From Bugula neritina (Eukaryota; Animalia; Bryozoa): a stretch of 64,000 nt of DNA. The stretch spans positions 3,752,741 through 3,816,740 of the forward strand of contig OZ037768.1 of the NCBI GenBank assembly GCA_964035545.1, given 5' to 3'. The position numbers were made by a program, and so were the translations under genes. Positions 24,201-38,541 of this stretch are shown here, piece by piece (the stretch's first letter is position 1; each line of letters begins with the position of its first letter). Below the pieces are notes generated by a model. It was not told where the DNA came from. It made no database searches and worked only from the letters and a program-made list of their open reading frames with translations.

Positions 24201-25813
24201 TTTGAAGGCATTAATAACCTCATATTACACAATATTCATCCCTGGATGTAGTCTTCCAATGTTACAGAGTGAAGCGAACACCATTGCATAGCCTTCGTGG
24301 CAATAACAGAAAGTCGTAACCCTGAACATTGTGCCTTTACACCTACACTGAGTTGCACCCTAATAACTAATTCACTTTGCTGAGATGCGAAAAGTATACT
24401 CTGAATATACAGCAAACCTGGGTCAGATCTCAGTGGGAAAATTCCGGATGTGAAACATTTCAGAGAAAGTTTTTTCTTCAACTCGGTGACACAGCTGACT
24501 CCATTCAAGTCGTCTGAGTTGTGTAGAACTATCTGATTCCACTCCCGGCAGTCACCAGTTTTCATACAGAATATAACCAGGGCTGGCAGGCATTTCCTGC
24601 AACATTTAAGACATTGAGAATGAAAATATATAGTTGGATAATTCAGAAGTGAAATTAGCCATAGAACTGGCAGGTGTCCATGTGTGAAGGTGAATAACTT
24701 GTATATTTTGTGTAGGCAAATAGTATACCACTATGGTATGGTTATTTATCAGTGTACAGTTTATTCTGAAATATAATAATTACTATCTGAACCCCCACAG
24801 AGCAACAGCAGATGTGGTGCTTGTTTAATACGACTCTGGGAAGGGCACCCTCTAAAAGCTACTATTTTGAAACCTATAGGTTATGTTACGGTGAAAGAAA
24901 TCTTTAGCACATAAAGCTCAAACATAAGGTTTTCACTTAAAGTATTGTATAATTGCTAGTTTTACTATCTTGATTCTAGACTAAAGAGCTGGCATAACCT
25001 AACTATATTCCATGAATCCATAAGTTCTGAATACAATTAGGCAAGTTACCAAAATTCAGATTGCCAGCCACACTCTGCTATCAGAAATGCCAAAACTGGT
25101 AGTATTATAAAATATGTTATGGATACAAACTATAGTAATGAAAGTTTTCATATCTGGAATGCATAGGGTTATGTCTGAAGACATTGTTTTGCAAATTAGG
25201 GTAATTTAAGATACATTTCAAACAAATATTTAATACATAAAATAATTAGTTTGGAAGTTATTTCATACAATGTGGCAAGTACTTTAGGGTGTTATCTCGT
25301 TACAAACTATTCAGCCGAAACTACAAATCCATTAAAATATTCTTATACTTAGTTTTTTACCCTCTTCCTTAACAGTAGACATACTAGAGTGGGAGATTGG
25401 TGCCCTATGTAACCCCTAGATGCAAGCACCAACTGGCACCTGCCGGTGCCCAGCTATGCCAGCAGACTTGTTAAACGTGCAAGATTGCACAGAGCTGAGC
25501 ATTTGCTGTGCTTTCATTTAGATCTCCATAAACTGCTTCAGATGCTGAACAACTAGAGCAAAAGCAATAATCTAAGGCTTATTTGAATAAAATAGGCTCA
25601 CCCCTTCTTAACTTTCAGTGTGGTTAGAGAAATGGCCCCAACTTTATCTAACCAAATCTCTTCATAGATCTTGCATTTCTTATCTGTGCCCTTTACAACT
25701 TGCAGTTTGTGTCTGTCACCAGAAGGAAACAGCTCAACCTTCACTGGAATTGTTTTGTTGAGTTTAGGTTGTGGAATGTAATTCAAATGATATTGGTCAC
25801 TCAGCAGTGTCAT
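21214..25813 (-). CDS. Paralogue C: putative PH/PTB(Dok/IRS-like) adaptor with C-terminal death domain, ~510 aa
   Basis: Exons 25813-25602, 24596-24418, 23044-22925 and 22235-21214; GT-AG sites, phases 2/1/1, open frame (1533 nt). Exon 3 is 120 nt as in A and contains YELQCS as in B. Confidence 0.85.
23730..24045. repeat. GT-rich compound microsatellite ((GT)n interrupted by GCT/GCTGC)
   Basis: Visible tract in intron 2 of paralogue C; produces the Cys/Val and His/Thr ORFs in all frames. Confidence 0.93.
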
Positions 25814-28800
25814 TGCCGTACTTCATTTAGTTACAGTCTACCAACTCTAAAATTATATACATTATCGTAAGTAAGGGCTAAAGAACACTAAACAGAAAAA
25901 TCTAAAATCTGCTGTAAGTTTAAAAAAGTTTGTAAAAATATAAAGAAGAGAAATGCATGCATTTTTCACGGAGAGGTTGTGCAGCTCTAAAAAATTGCCA
26001 ACTCAAATTTATTTCCATTTTCAAATATGAAACTGAAAGACACTCTCCATGTCCCAAACATATTCAAGGAAGTAGCCACAGACCAGGCTTAAAACAAGCA
26101 GATTAGTTGGCTCACGCCCTAAAAGGAAACTATAAAACTATAAGCTATTTATAGCCCGTACTATTTATAGTGTGGTGGTTTTGATTGGATTATATGGAGA
26201 TAGATAAAATATTGGTTTAGCACTTTTTATGCAATGGCAACAACTATCGGCAAATACCAGTTCCAGTAAATCTCAAAGTGTAACAAGCTGGTTCTTTTAT
26301 CAAAAGTAATTTAACTGAAACTATAAAAAATAACACAATAGCAAATGATTTGTAGACTAGCTCTTATTTAACATAATATGTTACATGCAGAGTAAAGAGC
26401 TTGCTAAGAAGAAAAAACGAATAGACAACAAATCATTTCGATTTTGTGGAAAGCTCACACCAAATTAGCAGTTATCACTGCAACACTGATATAGATGCAG
26501 AAAAAAGCTTTCATTAGCTGAAGTTGCACTAATAGTACATGAGTAGAAAATTCTTTATGGTTTGCAAAATTTTCTTTTCAATAAAAGTACCATGATAACA
26601 GCCTGAGTTGAAACAAGCATTAACGTGATAATTAATTAGAACCAACTATTAAAACTTCCTTCTCCCTACATTAGCCTGATGACGCACTTCACCAACTGGC
26701 AATGGCCAGCAAGTGGCTGGCAAGTGTCGGCTCACTCACTGGCAAGTTGCCTACTGTTCAAGTGACAAGGATAACACCTTCAAAAGTGTAGAACTCCTCG
26801 AGTACTACTCCTAACAGTGATGAGAGTCTTTATCCACGCACTACTTCAACAATTGTGAAAATGTATGGTTGCATAGTGACCCCGCCCACATCACATACAC
26901 AATAGTGAGTCACTCTAAATGGCTACAAGGACCCAACCCTTGCTGATATCATATTACTGTTGAATTTAACAACATTTAATTTAAATTATGTCAGTACCTA
27001 TGTGTTGTCAGGTTTGTATTGTAGAGTATTTCATTTTTGTTGTGTCTTATTAGCAGTATTTAATGTTTAACAACATTATACTTTTTACAAATTATAAGTA
27101 TGACATGTTCTACCAATTACTAAACTAAAGGGCTGCCAAAACAGTGCTGAAAGTAGGTGTAAAGTTGCATTTATAAACCAATATTTTGGGGTGGGTCACT
27201 TGCTAAATCTTACCAAATAAAAACTACAAACCTAAGCTAAGCAAAAAACTGCTCAGCACAGATTGTTACATATTGCTGTCTTTCCATCTCACCCACCAAA
27301 GTTTGCAAGGCCCTGTAGAAATGCAGAGCCGGTATTATCCTAGCTGAAGGAAAAAATAGTACTTCCTTGACTATTCAATAGATTATTTCTTTACTAGTAC
27401 TATTAGTTGGTTGCTGATTAGTGTCAATATTTATTTTTAATTAGATTATTCAATTATCTAGTAAACTGTTACACAATGGCTTTTTAGCATGAAGACATGT
27501 ACCATCAAATACTACCAATTATGATGTAATGGGGAATTATTTACATTGCTCTTTATTATACTGTACTGGAACCAGAACTGTTGTGTTAACCAGGAAATGG
27601 AACACAGCCACAATAAGCATTGCACTGAAGCAGGTGCGATGTGTCAAAATGTACAGCTATACTCAGGGTAGTGATAATACATTATTAGTATTAGTATTAG
27701 AGATGAATAATCATCTGGTAGATTGATGCTTTGTCAAGAGACAAATATTTTTGACATAACCTAAAAATAATTACGCCCAGCAGTGAAACAGGCTGTAATA
27801 TGACAGTAGATATGCACACTACTAGGATTGGAGAATAGAATCAAATGAAATTGTAAATTTAAAACATGTACAAGGGGCAAAAAAACCCTTACATAACTTT
27901 TTCACCTTTTAGTAAAACATAAAAATGTGTAGTGAGTAACAGTAGTGAGTGACAGGGCTAGATATAACACAAATTCAGCAAGTCTAGTCAATAGCAATCA
28001 AGTCAAGTTGCAGATACAACTAAGCTGATTAATGTTTCTAGTTGTCTTAAACAAATATATGTAGAGAGAGTTTGAAATGATCAATAGTTGTAATATTTAT
28101 GGCATTTAAATATCTAAAAAGTGTCTATATACATTGTAAGTACAAAGTTGCAAAGAAAAAGTGAAGCAACATTTGAAAAACTGGCTATCATACCAGACCT
28201 TGATATGAGGGAGTGTGATAAACCTTTTAGAAAACATTTCCCATGAGAAATCATACCCATTACTTTCAAACTTTATTATGGTAAGCTATGCATTAAAACC
28301 AATGCAATGTAATGCAGAAACATCATGATAATTCAGATAAAAGTAAGCCAAATAATGAAAACTATTAGAATTTCTGCTTTAACGTTTCAAAAGTTTACTA
28401 GGCACTTCTTTATATTCAAGTTTTGTAGTATTAAGCAAAAAAGCAAACTAGCTAGGACGTGTGATTCATACTATAAAAATGTTGCTATAACCAGGCTTGG
28501 GTACCTGCTGGTGACAGGTTTATGTGCATATACATAAAATTAATAGACTCCAACTTACTAATTAACTAACACTTCTGAAATAGATCGTAAAATTGCAATA
28601 TAATATGTATTAAAGTGGTTCCTGAGCTTAACTTTTCAACTAGCATTCTGCAGTATACATGTGTCAAAATACAACTTCCTTCATTGAAAATAGAAAACTG
28701 CTGCCAAAACTTAGTTCAGACTAAAAATATGTTTTTAGATAGACAGATGATTAGTGGAAGCTTATTGAGATATCTTACAAAAATATCAATTCAGACCAAA

Positions 28801-31800
28801 TATTTGTAAAGAAATTTTTTTTTCTTAAAATTATTTTTCTACATGTAGGTGCGAAGTTTCTTGCTATCATACCTAAACATCTTATTCCCATAAACATCAA
28901 AAGCTTGCAGCACACATGTGATATTGCACGTGTTCAACTTATCTACCATACTATAAACCTAGATAAAATCTTGCTTTGTATTAGGCAATATTTCTCAAGA
29001 TGGTTTAGTACTTTTATCTTATTTAACAAGAGCAAAATTAAGTAATTATTGTGCAATATTTGAATTTATGCACAGCAGGTTTTTTCAGCCTTGCAAAATC
29101 ATAGCTTTTCCAGTCTAATGAAGTACTTAGAAATAACAGTATAGCTACAAATATCTATGGTCAAATAACTATTCAAACTTGTAATAATAAATGGTTTTAT
29201 TTCCCTACCTGCAAGATAAAAATCATGTACTGAAACAGGAAGAAATTCTATAACTATCAGTTCAGCTGGCAATCGCGAACCCTCTACCAGGGTCAGCAAT
29301 AGGCAGCATTGCTACAGCACAAGGTTTTTTCACAAACTATTTAAATTGTGAGACAATAAAATGCTTTTGAAATGTTTTAGTGTAATCATTTTTTCGTTAA
29401 CTATTACAATTGGTGCATGAAGCAAAATTACTAAAAACAGAACAAAAAGCCTAAATTCTTCCTTCCAAAATAGCTTATAACCAAAGAAATAACTGTTTTG
29501 AAGACCATTAATGAAACACTTCAGGTGACTCTGATAATGTCTATAGGCTGAAAAAACTCTAGAAAAATAAAAACAAACACGACAATTGTAATCTAAAATT
29601 AAAATAATACAAAAAAATTAAAACTAATCATCAGTATTACTATTACAATCAAACACATTGTTGCATCATTCACAATAATTTTTAATTCAAAGTTTCAATT
29701 GTTAATTTAATAAAATTCATAGTCATAACAATAAAGAAAATAAGAACTATTATTAAACTAAATTGCAAAAGCCGGAAGGCAAAGCCTTATGATTTTTATA
29801 ACTTTTATAGTTTTTATTAATTTTTATAATTCAATATATTGAATTTTTATTATTATTCATACTTATAGTTATAGTTATATTAGTTATACTTATACTATAA
29901 TTATAATATTAATTATATTCATCACAGTTGTTGTTGATGTTAATGTTATAATTATGATACTAAAATCAAATACAATTTTATAATAAGATAAATACATTTT
30001 ACATCTATAACAACAATGATAATCATAATGATATTGATAATCATAATCATAATGCATTCAGCATTGTGATAGTCATAGTGTTTTAGTTTTTCAGTTTAGT
30101 ATTTCACGGTGAAACTGAAAATGAATATTATTAGACTTAGTAATACTAATACTATTACTATTAGTATTAGTAATACTAATTTAATACTAATAGTAATAAG
30201 TATTACATTTACTAATATTAATACTAATAGTAATAGTAATACTAATACTATTACTAATACTAATACTAATAGTAATAGTATTACAATTATTTTTAATTAC
30301 TAATTAGTAATTACAAGTAGTACAAATACTTACCACTTACGAGTGAAACTCCCTATATCTACAGAGACGTTTTATTTACTAGCTAACGCCACTTGGACTC
30401 AAATTCATAAATTTACATTTATTACAAACTGAAGCTATTTGAGTATTTAAAATTCACTGAATCAACAAGAACATCTGTCAGCAATGCTCTCTGTTACTAT
30501 CAGTATTTCGACTTGTGTTTTGTACAGGCGTGGATAAAATACAATTGTCTTCTCTTGTTTCTCCTCGAGTTGTTTTTGTAATGTCCAAAACAAACAGCTA
30601 GAACATAATAATATGACTATTATATATATTACGATCTTAGCATGACTTACAATTTCCCTAGTAAAATTTTCTCTGCTGCAGTTTCTAGCGTGAGAACACA
30701 ACTCCAAATATGATTGAATAGATCTGACGTGAGCAGTCAATATGAAAATTCATATTAACCACCATCAGTGGCAACCTGAATCCCGGTGTTTCAGAATAAG
30801 TGTTGTGTCTCGCACCAGTTTATACCTGGAAATAAGTGTAATATAAACATAGTATATATTAATATGCTACTTTGCACTAATTGGTTGCTGCTTCACAGTT
30901 AGTAAATGAGTAAATCAGAATGAGTGACACTCACACTGTGGCTGTGTCAGAGTCATAATGATAATCATAATGATAATTTAAATTCTAATGATAATCATAA
31001 TGAAAATGCTAGGAAATTGTAATGATAATGATAAGGATGATAATTATCATTATCATTGTGACTGATTATCTTATTCATAGTGATAATGATTAATATTATA
31101 ATTATATTTATTCATATTGTAATTTATATTTATAAATGGAATAAAGTTAAATAATAATTCTGTAAGTAAAACTAAAATATACTAATAGTAATAGTAATAG
31201 TAAATCTCATTCAAAAAAATTAAGTGATTCAAGGTAGAAGCAAATCACTAAAAGTAAATGTAACAGTAATCTAAATTTTCAAAACTATTACTATTAGTAT
31301 TACTATTAGCATTACTATTTAATTAGTATTATTATTATATTTAATAAAAATACTATTGTATTACTATTAGATTTTATATCATTACTATTATTATCATCAG
31401 TAAATCAAAATTATTACTAGATAATTGAATTTTACAATTTTTATAATTTTATGAAGTTGAATAGTAAAACTAAATGTAATACTAATAGTGATACTAATAG
31501 TAATCCGGATATCAATATGATATGAGAGAGTATTATTTTTACTTTACTACTAATAATAATAGTACTATAAGTATGTCTATTAGTACAAGTATTATATTAA
31601 TTGGTTCAGGATGAGATTAATACTTATTTTTAGTCAGTTGATTGCTATCAGCGAGTTGTGTTACTTTTAGTTTTACCATCACTACCTAGTCCTAAAGTTA
31701 TACTTTCAGTTTTATCGTTATAGTCATACTTATACTAATAGTAATACTAGTTACACTTATGCTTATTACTATTATGTGCTAGCTAGCTGTAGAATACTCA

Positions 31801-32747
31801 AGATTATAAGTTCCCAGTGTGGTCACTCCAATATCGATATCACTATTAAATGCAACAGACAATATTGATGTTGTACTGGAAAGAAAACAACTTAGTTTGC
31901 AGTGAGCAAACTTTCTAATACATAACACAGAATCTGAACAGCCAGTCGCTAGGTAAAGGCAGAATTCATACAGAAGCTGTTTTTAAGCCGACTCAAGTAA
32001 ATTTGAGCTGACTGCAAATATTTGATGCATAAACTTAAAGTTGTAGCTATGATTAAAATAATAACTGCATCAGTATGCCAACCTCTTACTTACACATGCT
32101 TAATTTCTTTCAAAAATACGTGAAGCAATTGTAGGTTAAAGTACTAAATACATTGTGAATGTACATACTCATACTGATACTTAATTGTTGTTTTTTGCTC
32201 TGTCTGAGATTAGTATTGCTTTAAGCTATGCTTGGCCTGACTCTCTTAACATTATTGGCACCAGTATTTTTCTATCAGCTAGTTAGATGATAAAAATTTT
32301 TACACATCTCTTGCTTAGCCTCACTATAAGCAAATTCAACTTACTTACATATTATATAATAGAAAATATGGTTGTTGAAAATGTTTTGGTTTAAATGGTA
32401 AGAACATATGTATTGGTAATTTGTTGAGTGTGAACAATTAATGATATTACTAAATTTGCATGTTTATTTATTTGTTTTATTTTAGATGCCTGCATTGTAT
32501 TCTAATAGGCAAATTTCACTTGAGTAGAAGATGCTATTATCTTTGGTGGCAGACAATAATATTGGGATATGCTAGCATTATTACTGATCTTTGAGCGCAC
32601 TCTCAGCATGCTGGTAGGAAAGACTATCTTATCATAAGTGCATATAACACATGTATTTGCATTTCTAGTATCAGCAATACTACTATGTATATATACTTAT
32701 TCTGATTACATGTACAGAGATTGGATAATGAATTTTAGAAGTCCGCA

Positions 32748-35700
32748 ATGGATAAAAAAGAGAAAGCTTATATTATAGCCCGCCTGTTACGAAATCCTAA
32801 TGTGGATGTCGGTCAACTGCGGGAGCTATCTTTATCCCCCCATGGCTATGTTAATGATGAGTTGAGGCGTATAGTGTGGCCTAAGCTTCTTGGACTAGAT
32901 TTGGATACTAAACTGTCTGCGCATGGTTAGTTGAGCATTATTGGTGTGAAAAATTGGTAATGAAATTTTTCATTATTTGAAAATTTTCCCACATCTACAT
33001 ATATTGTTTTCAATAAGTTATTGCTTAAAATCTAAAATATTGTTTATTATATAAAATACTATACTAAAATGTTAGGTTATGAATAAGATGCATAGTATAA
33101 CGATGTGAATTTTATTTTTGTTTTTGTAGGGAAGTCCAAACTGTTGGAACACAGAGACTACAATCAAGTGGTGATGGACGTTAAGAGAAGCACAAAAAGG
33201 TTTCCACCTGGTTCGTATTCTCTTAGCTGACCTAACAGGCTAACTTTTTTGAGATAGTATTGTATAAACCCATCTATTCTCATTATTTCTACTGTGTAGC
33301 AAATATCATATGGTTCTTACTGCAAATTACAGATCTACAAGAAACTAACTATCAAGATTTGAAAAGAGCAAACATTTTTAACCATTTGCAAAATTTCTAA
33401 ACTATTAAAAACTCTTAATCTTATAAATACTTTATTTTGGTCTGTACAATCATATCCCATAACGCAGTGTGTTTATCGTTGGAGTAGCTATGAAAGAGGA
33501 ACATAGAGGTAAACTACAAGATCAACTCACTGGGCTGATTATGCAAGTGCTAGTCAACAATCCACAACTTCATTACTATCAGGTAAGTTTCTTCAGAGTT
33601 TTTGTGTGCACAACCTTTATAGTAAAACCAGATTCCTTGGGCACACAACCCTGACATTGCATTTAGCTGATAGCTATGATGTTATGAATATTTAAATAAT
33701 GCATTATTTATGAGTTTGCAAGACAAGGTGTATGTATAGAATGGAAAACTTTAAATGAATATTGTTTGAAGATAACTGATCTGTTGAAGTTGAACTCCAG
33801 ATTTGTTTTAATGACTGTAATTGTCAAGTCAGGTCCAACTTTGTTAAAGACTTGTGGCCTAAACTTGCTTGCTTTCATGTAATAAAATGTTGCACTGGTA
33901 AAATGTAGTATAGTATCAAGAATCGTAAAAGATAATTTCACTAAATGGTTGTTAATGTAATGCCATGTGGTTTGCAACATAAGTAATTGCAGCTTCTGAT
34001 ATGTGATAAATTGAATGAGTTGATATCTGTATCTAGATGTACAAATTTATGCTCTAAGAAAATTTTGTGAAGCACAAATTTTATTTGATTTCATATATTT
34101 CAGGGGTTCCACGACATATGTGCCACATTCCTTTTAATATTGGGTAAAAACATCAGCTTTCTAGTTGTTGATGCTCTCTCAAAGAGCCACCTCAGGTATT
34201 GTCAATATTTCCATTTTACTACCGCTTCTATAACTACTACTACTACTGCTGCTGCTGCTATAACTACTACTACTACTACTATGCTATAACTACTACTACT
34301 GCTGCTGCTACTGCTACTACTGCTAAAACTATTTCTATACTACTATGCTATAACTACTACTACTGCTGCTGCTGCTGCTATAACTACTACTACTGCTATG
34401 CTATAACTACTACTACTGCTGCTGCTACTGCTACTACTGCTAAAACTATTTCTTCTACTACTACTATGTTATAACTATTAGTACTGCTTCTATAACTACT
34501 GGCGGTGCTACTGTTACCACTACAGCTGCTGTTATCACTGCTACTCTGCTGCCGTTTTAGTTTTACTCACCAAAAGCACACAGGGAATAAAAGAAAGACT
34601 TTTATAATTCTATAAAAATAATGAATAGTTGACCCACTGCTTTTCAAAATATTTCATGTCATAACTTAAATTTTCCTACGTATACATTTTGAATTTTTCA
34701 TAATATGGGATTCATAGTTGTTTATGGTATAAAGTCCCACAGAGTTTTATCGGCTTTGATGGACCTACTTTTTATAGTTAATATTAATTCTGTTAGGATC
34801 TGTTGTACTAAAAGGAAAACAACTTCCTTTAATCAGGGAAATTCTGTGTTATAGAGACTTCATGGATCCAGACATGCACAGGACTAAGACCATGTTGAAC
34901 TACCTCTATCCCATACTAGACCGCGCCGACTGTGAACTTAAGTCTTATATGCAAAAGTGAGTCATTGGTCAAGTCTATTTGGTGGTCAACGTTTATTATG
35001 CAACTTCCCACACTCGTGTTTTTGAGAGTATAAAATAGATCTATTGGTGGGAAGGGGAGGGGTTGTAGGTTTGTACTGTACTCTCACCTTTCTACTTTTA
35101 ATATAATTATTTTTCTCATGCATGATGCCTACAACATAGCTCATTGCTTTTAAAGTCTTTGTAATTAGAGATTTTAGTAAACATGCTTTTAGTGATTTTA
35201 ATCATAACCAATCTGGATAGAACTTGGTGTGTAATACTCATAGTTTAGATTTATCTTGCAGAAACTGTAGTTATTTATTTGAGTAGATTCTGCTGATTAT
35301 GCTAGCCATATACAAATAAGATTTGTTTTTTGGTAATAAATTGCAGGGCTGAGGTGGGCACCATATTCTGTTTGAGCTGGCTCATTACGTGGTACGGTCA
35401 TGCGTTAGACAATGCCCGGCAAACTGTGCGGTTGTGTGACTTCTTTCTCGCATCACATCCTTTAATGCCTATATATTTAGCATCCGCTGTAAGTATCCAC
35501 TTTCTGTGTGTTTTTGTTGACAATAATGTAAAGGGAAATATCAGACTAAATTTCCACTCACTGTTAATAGACATTGTTGAATTTCAGCTGCAATAAAACT
35601 GTATTGTCCTTCAATAAGTGAAGTTGTTTTCATATGGATTATGTAGCATTGACCATTGTAAACAAGAAACCTAAATATGCACAGCCACATTTCTTAATGA

Positions 35701-37357
35701 TATGTTCATTTACAAGCAATAGAGGAGACATAGTTCTTTCATTTTTAAAAAAAAAATTAATTTTGGATCCAAGTTAAAATTTTTGGTAGAACATAACTTC
35801 TTTAGCTACATTTCTCATCTAGAACACTGGCTTCTTTCAATTTCTTCATTACTGCACCTACCTCAATATGTAGCCTATACATAAGAGAAGGCAACTACGA
35901 CATATCAAACTGATGCCATTATGGTAAATACTATTACACTGAACACAACTTTCAACTAAACTGGTCAAGCTCGGAGCAATGCATGTGAAACCAGTTGATT
36001 ATATGCATAGACATTGCAGCAATATTCATATTGTTTTAAAAACTTTGACTCTCATCTTAATAAGCTCATATATTCAACTCTTTTGTCAAGCTGAGTTGAT
36101 TGAATGATATTAACTTCCATAAAATTAGCACTTGTTGATGAGGTTTGTGATCTTTAAAAACTGTTGTAATTTAGAAACTGGGATATTTTATTGTAATTCA
36201 TTCAAGTAATCTTTCTTCGAATAATTAGGAATAATGAATGAGTTGAAATGAGTTGAAATACTTAATTCTAGCCTTGAACAAATTTCATTGAAAAGCAGTT
36301 ACTAGATGCATTTTCATTTTACCTTGTTATCTAGCCTTGAATATGAAAAGAACAAAAAATGTTGATAATTATGAAATTAATAAAGAAATTTTATAGGGCT
36401 TTTCTTTGTAAATGGTTTATCATTTTGCAAATTGTGTTTTAAAAGCTAAAAAAGTATTTTTTGCGATTCATAAAGCTTCTGAAGATCAGATATGCATATA
36501 TTAGTGTAACTCTGGTTGTTACAGATTGTGCTGCATCGAAGGGAAGAGATACTAGAAACAGAGTGTGAAATGTGTTATATTCACGTGCTATTGTCTAATA
36601 TGCCTACAAATCTGCCATTTGAAGAGCTTATTGGATCGGCCCAGCAACTCTTCCATAAATATCCACCATCAGAACTGGCAGAGGAAGCTGAATTTGATTA
36701 TTACGACAGGTGAATAATTCAGCATATACAGTAACACTACACAGTGCTAATAGTACAGTATAAACATTAACACCGCATAATGGTGATAGTAGAGTATATA
36801 CAGTAACACCACACAGTGGTAATAGTAGAGTATATACAGTAGCACCACATAATGGTAATAGTACAGTATATACAGTGACACTACACAGTGCTAATAGTAG
36901 AGTATATACAGTTACATCACACAGTGGTAATAGTAGAGTATATACAGTAACACCACATAGTGCTAATAGTACAGTATATACAGTAACACCACACAGTGGT
37001 AATAGTAGAGTATATACAGTAACACCACATAGTGCTAATAGTACAGTATAAACAGTAACACCACACAGTGGTAATAGTATATAAACATTATAAAGTGTAA
37101 TATAAGCATTATGCACCTTCTACATATTTTACAGTAAAACTATGAAGAATTTTGCAAAATTTGAAAAAGGAATTGGTTTGCATAATCCATTAGAGAAGAA
37201 ATTGTGGAAAGATAAGAGTCGACTATCATACGGTAGTAAAGTTGAGGAACGGTCTAGTCAAACTACATTGTTCAAAGTGACTATGTGGACACTCACCGCT
37301 GCAGTGGGTGCTGCCTTTGTAGCTGCACAATACGTTGCGTCTTCCCTCAACTCCTAG
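32748..37357 (+). CDS. TBC1D20: TBC1 domain family member 20 (Rab1/Rab18 GAP, ER tail-anchored), ~365 aa
   Basis: Exons 32748-32925, 33130-33210, 33488-33582, 34104-34195, 34855-34956, 35347-35488, 36525-36709 and 37135-37357 are phase-consistent. Motifs: LRRIVWPKLL, DYNQVVMDVKRS (Arg finger), LHYYQGFHDI (Gln finger), HLRDFMDP, FCLSWLITWYGH, CDFFLASHPLMPIYL, and a hydrophobic C-terminal anchor. The start may extend a few codons upstream (ATGCTG|gt at 32608-32613 spliced to 32739). Confidence 0.93.
34217..34550. repeat. CTA/CTG trinucleotide-based compound repeat
   Basis: ACTACT/GCTGCT/CTATAA blocks with a higher-order duplication, at the start of TBC1D20 intron 4. Confidence 0.88.
35725..35858 (-). 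mobile_element. MITE family 1 copy, reverse orientation (TBC1D20 intron 6)
   Basis: AGAACATAACTTCTTTAGCTACATTTCTCATCTAGAACACTGGCTTCTTTCAATTTCTTCATTACTGCACC|ta; one intact TIR followed by TA. Confidence 0.72.
36722..37082. repeat. 36-bp minisatellite (TATATACAGTAACACCACACAGTGGTAATAGTAGAG)
   Basis: About 10 units filling most of TBC1D20 intron 7. Confidence 0.92.
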
Positions 37358-38541
37358 CAGTGAAGTCGACAACTTTTATTCCATTTACCACTTAATCTCT
37401 GTTAATTTATTTTGACTCAATTTTCTCCAGTAATTAGTTTGTTTATAATGCTGTCCTAACAGGCACTATATACTGTATAGTATCTTTTATGTTCAACCTG
37501 TTACTATAAATTTATTTCAAGGTGCTATTTTAAGGTTAACTTCAAAACTTAATGAGATTTGTTTTGAGACATATTATTGACTATTTAAACCTTTGCTTTG
37601 TATTGCAGCTTTTATTAATTGTACTGTTCGTGTGCCACCAGAAAATTTTGTATGATTAAAAAGCCTGAAACTAACCAATACAGCAACTAATGTTTTATGA
37701 AATTAAATTGTGCTATACAACTAATTACATGCATAAGGACTGTAAAGATGGTTTTTTCAATCAAAACACAATGATGTCTATATAGCAAGATAAGTTTGCA
37801 TGTGCTAAAAAGTTTTAAATAGCTTTTATTGTTGGCCATATGTCAGAATAATATGTTAACTACCTGAAAATCTTTAACTTTTAATTATGAGAATCAGCTG
37901 TAATAGCTATTTAGTTTATTTGTTTAATACAAATTAAGTATTTTGTCATTTTATATAACTACCATAGCCAACTCTTGAAGTTTTCAAGTATAGTAAGAAA
38001 GTTTACTTAGTGTTGAGTAGGCATGAAATGAATTATTGAAACCAATTTTGCATTAAATAAATTATTTGTAAATAAAATTGCTTTGTAAATTTATTATACA
38101 AGCTTTTATATTATTTCATAAATTGTAGAAGACAAAAATGCAAAATTAAATCAAAACTATAATTAATAGAACTAACTTTTAAATAACATGTAGTCAAATC
38201 AGACTCTTCATACAGCTTTAATTGGTAATGATTAGCATGAAGACATCAGAGTTGTTCTCTCCTATTTTCAGCTAACGTTAGGTTTTTGACTGGTTCAAAT
38301 GCATTATTATTTATGTTAAAGATATTTTATTTTTATAATTATAAAATGCAAATCAAATAATAAATTTTAAAAGTTCACGATAAAGTGGTTTATGTATAAT
38401 TGTCAAACCATTATTTCTGTCGATGTTTTTATGTCAAAGGTCATCGAGAGGTTAAATGTAAAGCACCTGGCACATTTGAACGTTTAGGATTGTTGCTCAG
38501 TAACTCTACGAGAGCAAAAGGAGAAATGGTTATAGTTTAGT

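Noticed and set aside
25850-30300. Search for a fourth paralogue or pseudogene of the death-domain family
   Set aside because: No ELQC, CP.GM or LDHWYKL-like coding remnants were found in this interval or in 8600-13300 and 16300-21200 by eye.
30462-30740. 92-aa ORF with a hydrophobic stretch
   Set aside because: Non-ATG start, no recognisable motif and no phase-consistent partner exons; more likely UTR or promoter sequence.
36628-37116. 162-aa repetitive hydrophobic ORF on the minus strand
   Set aside because: Read-through of a 36-bp minisatellite in TBC1D20 intron 7, antisense to a real exon.
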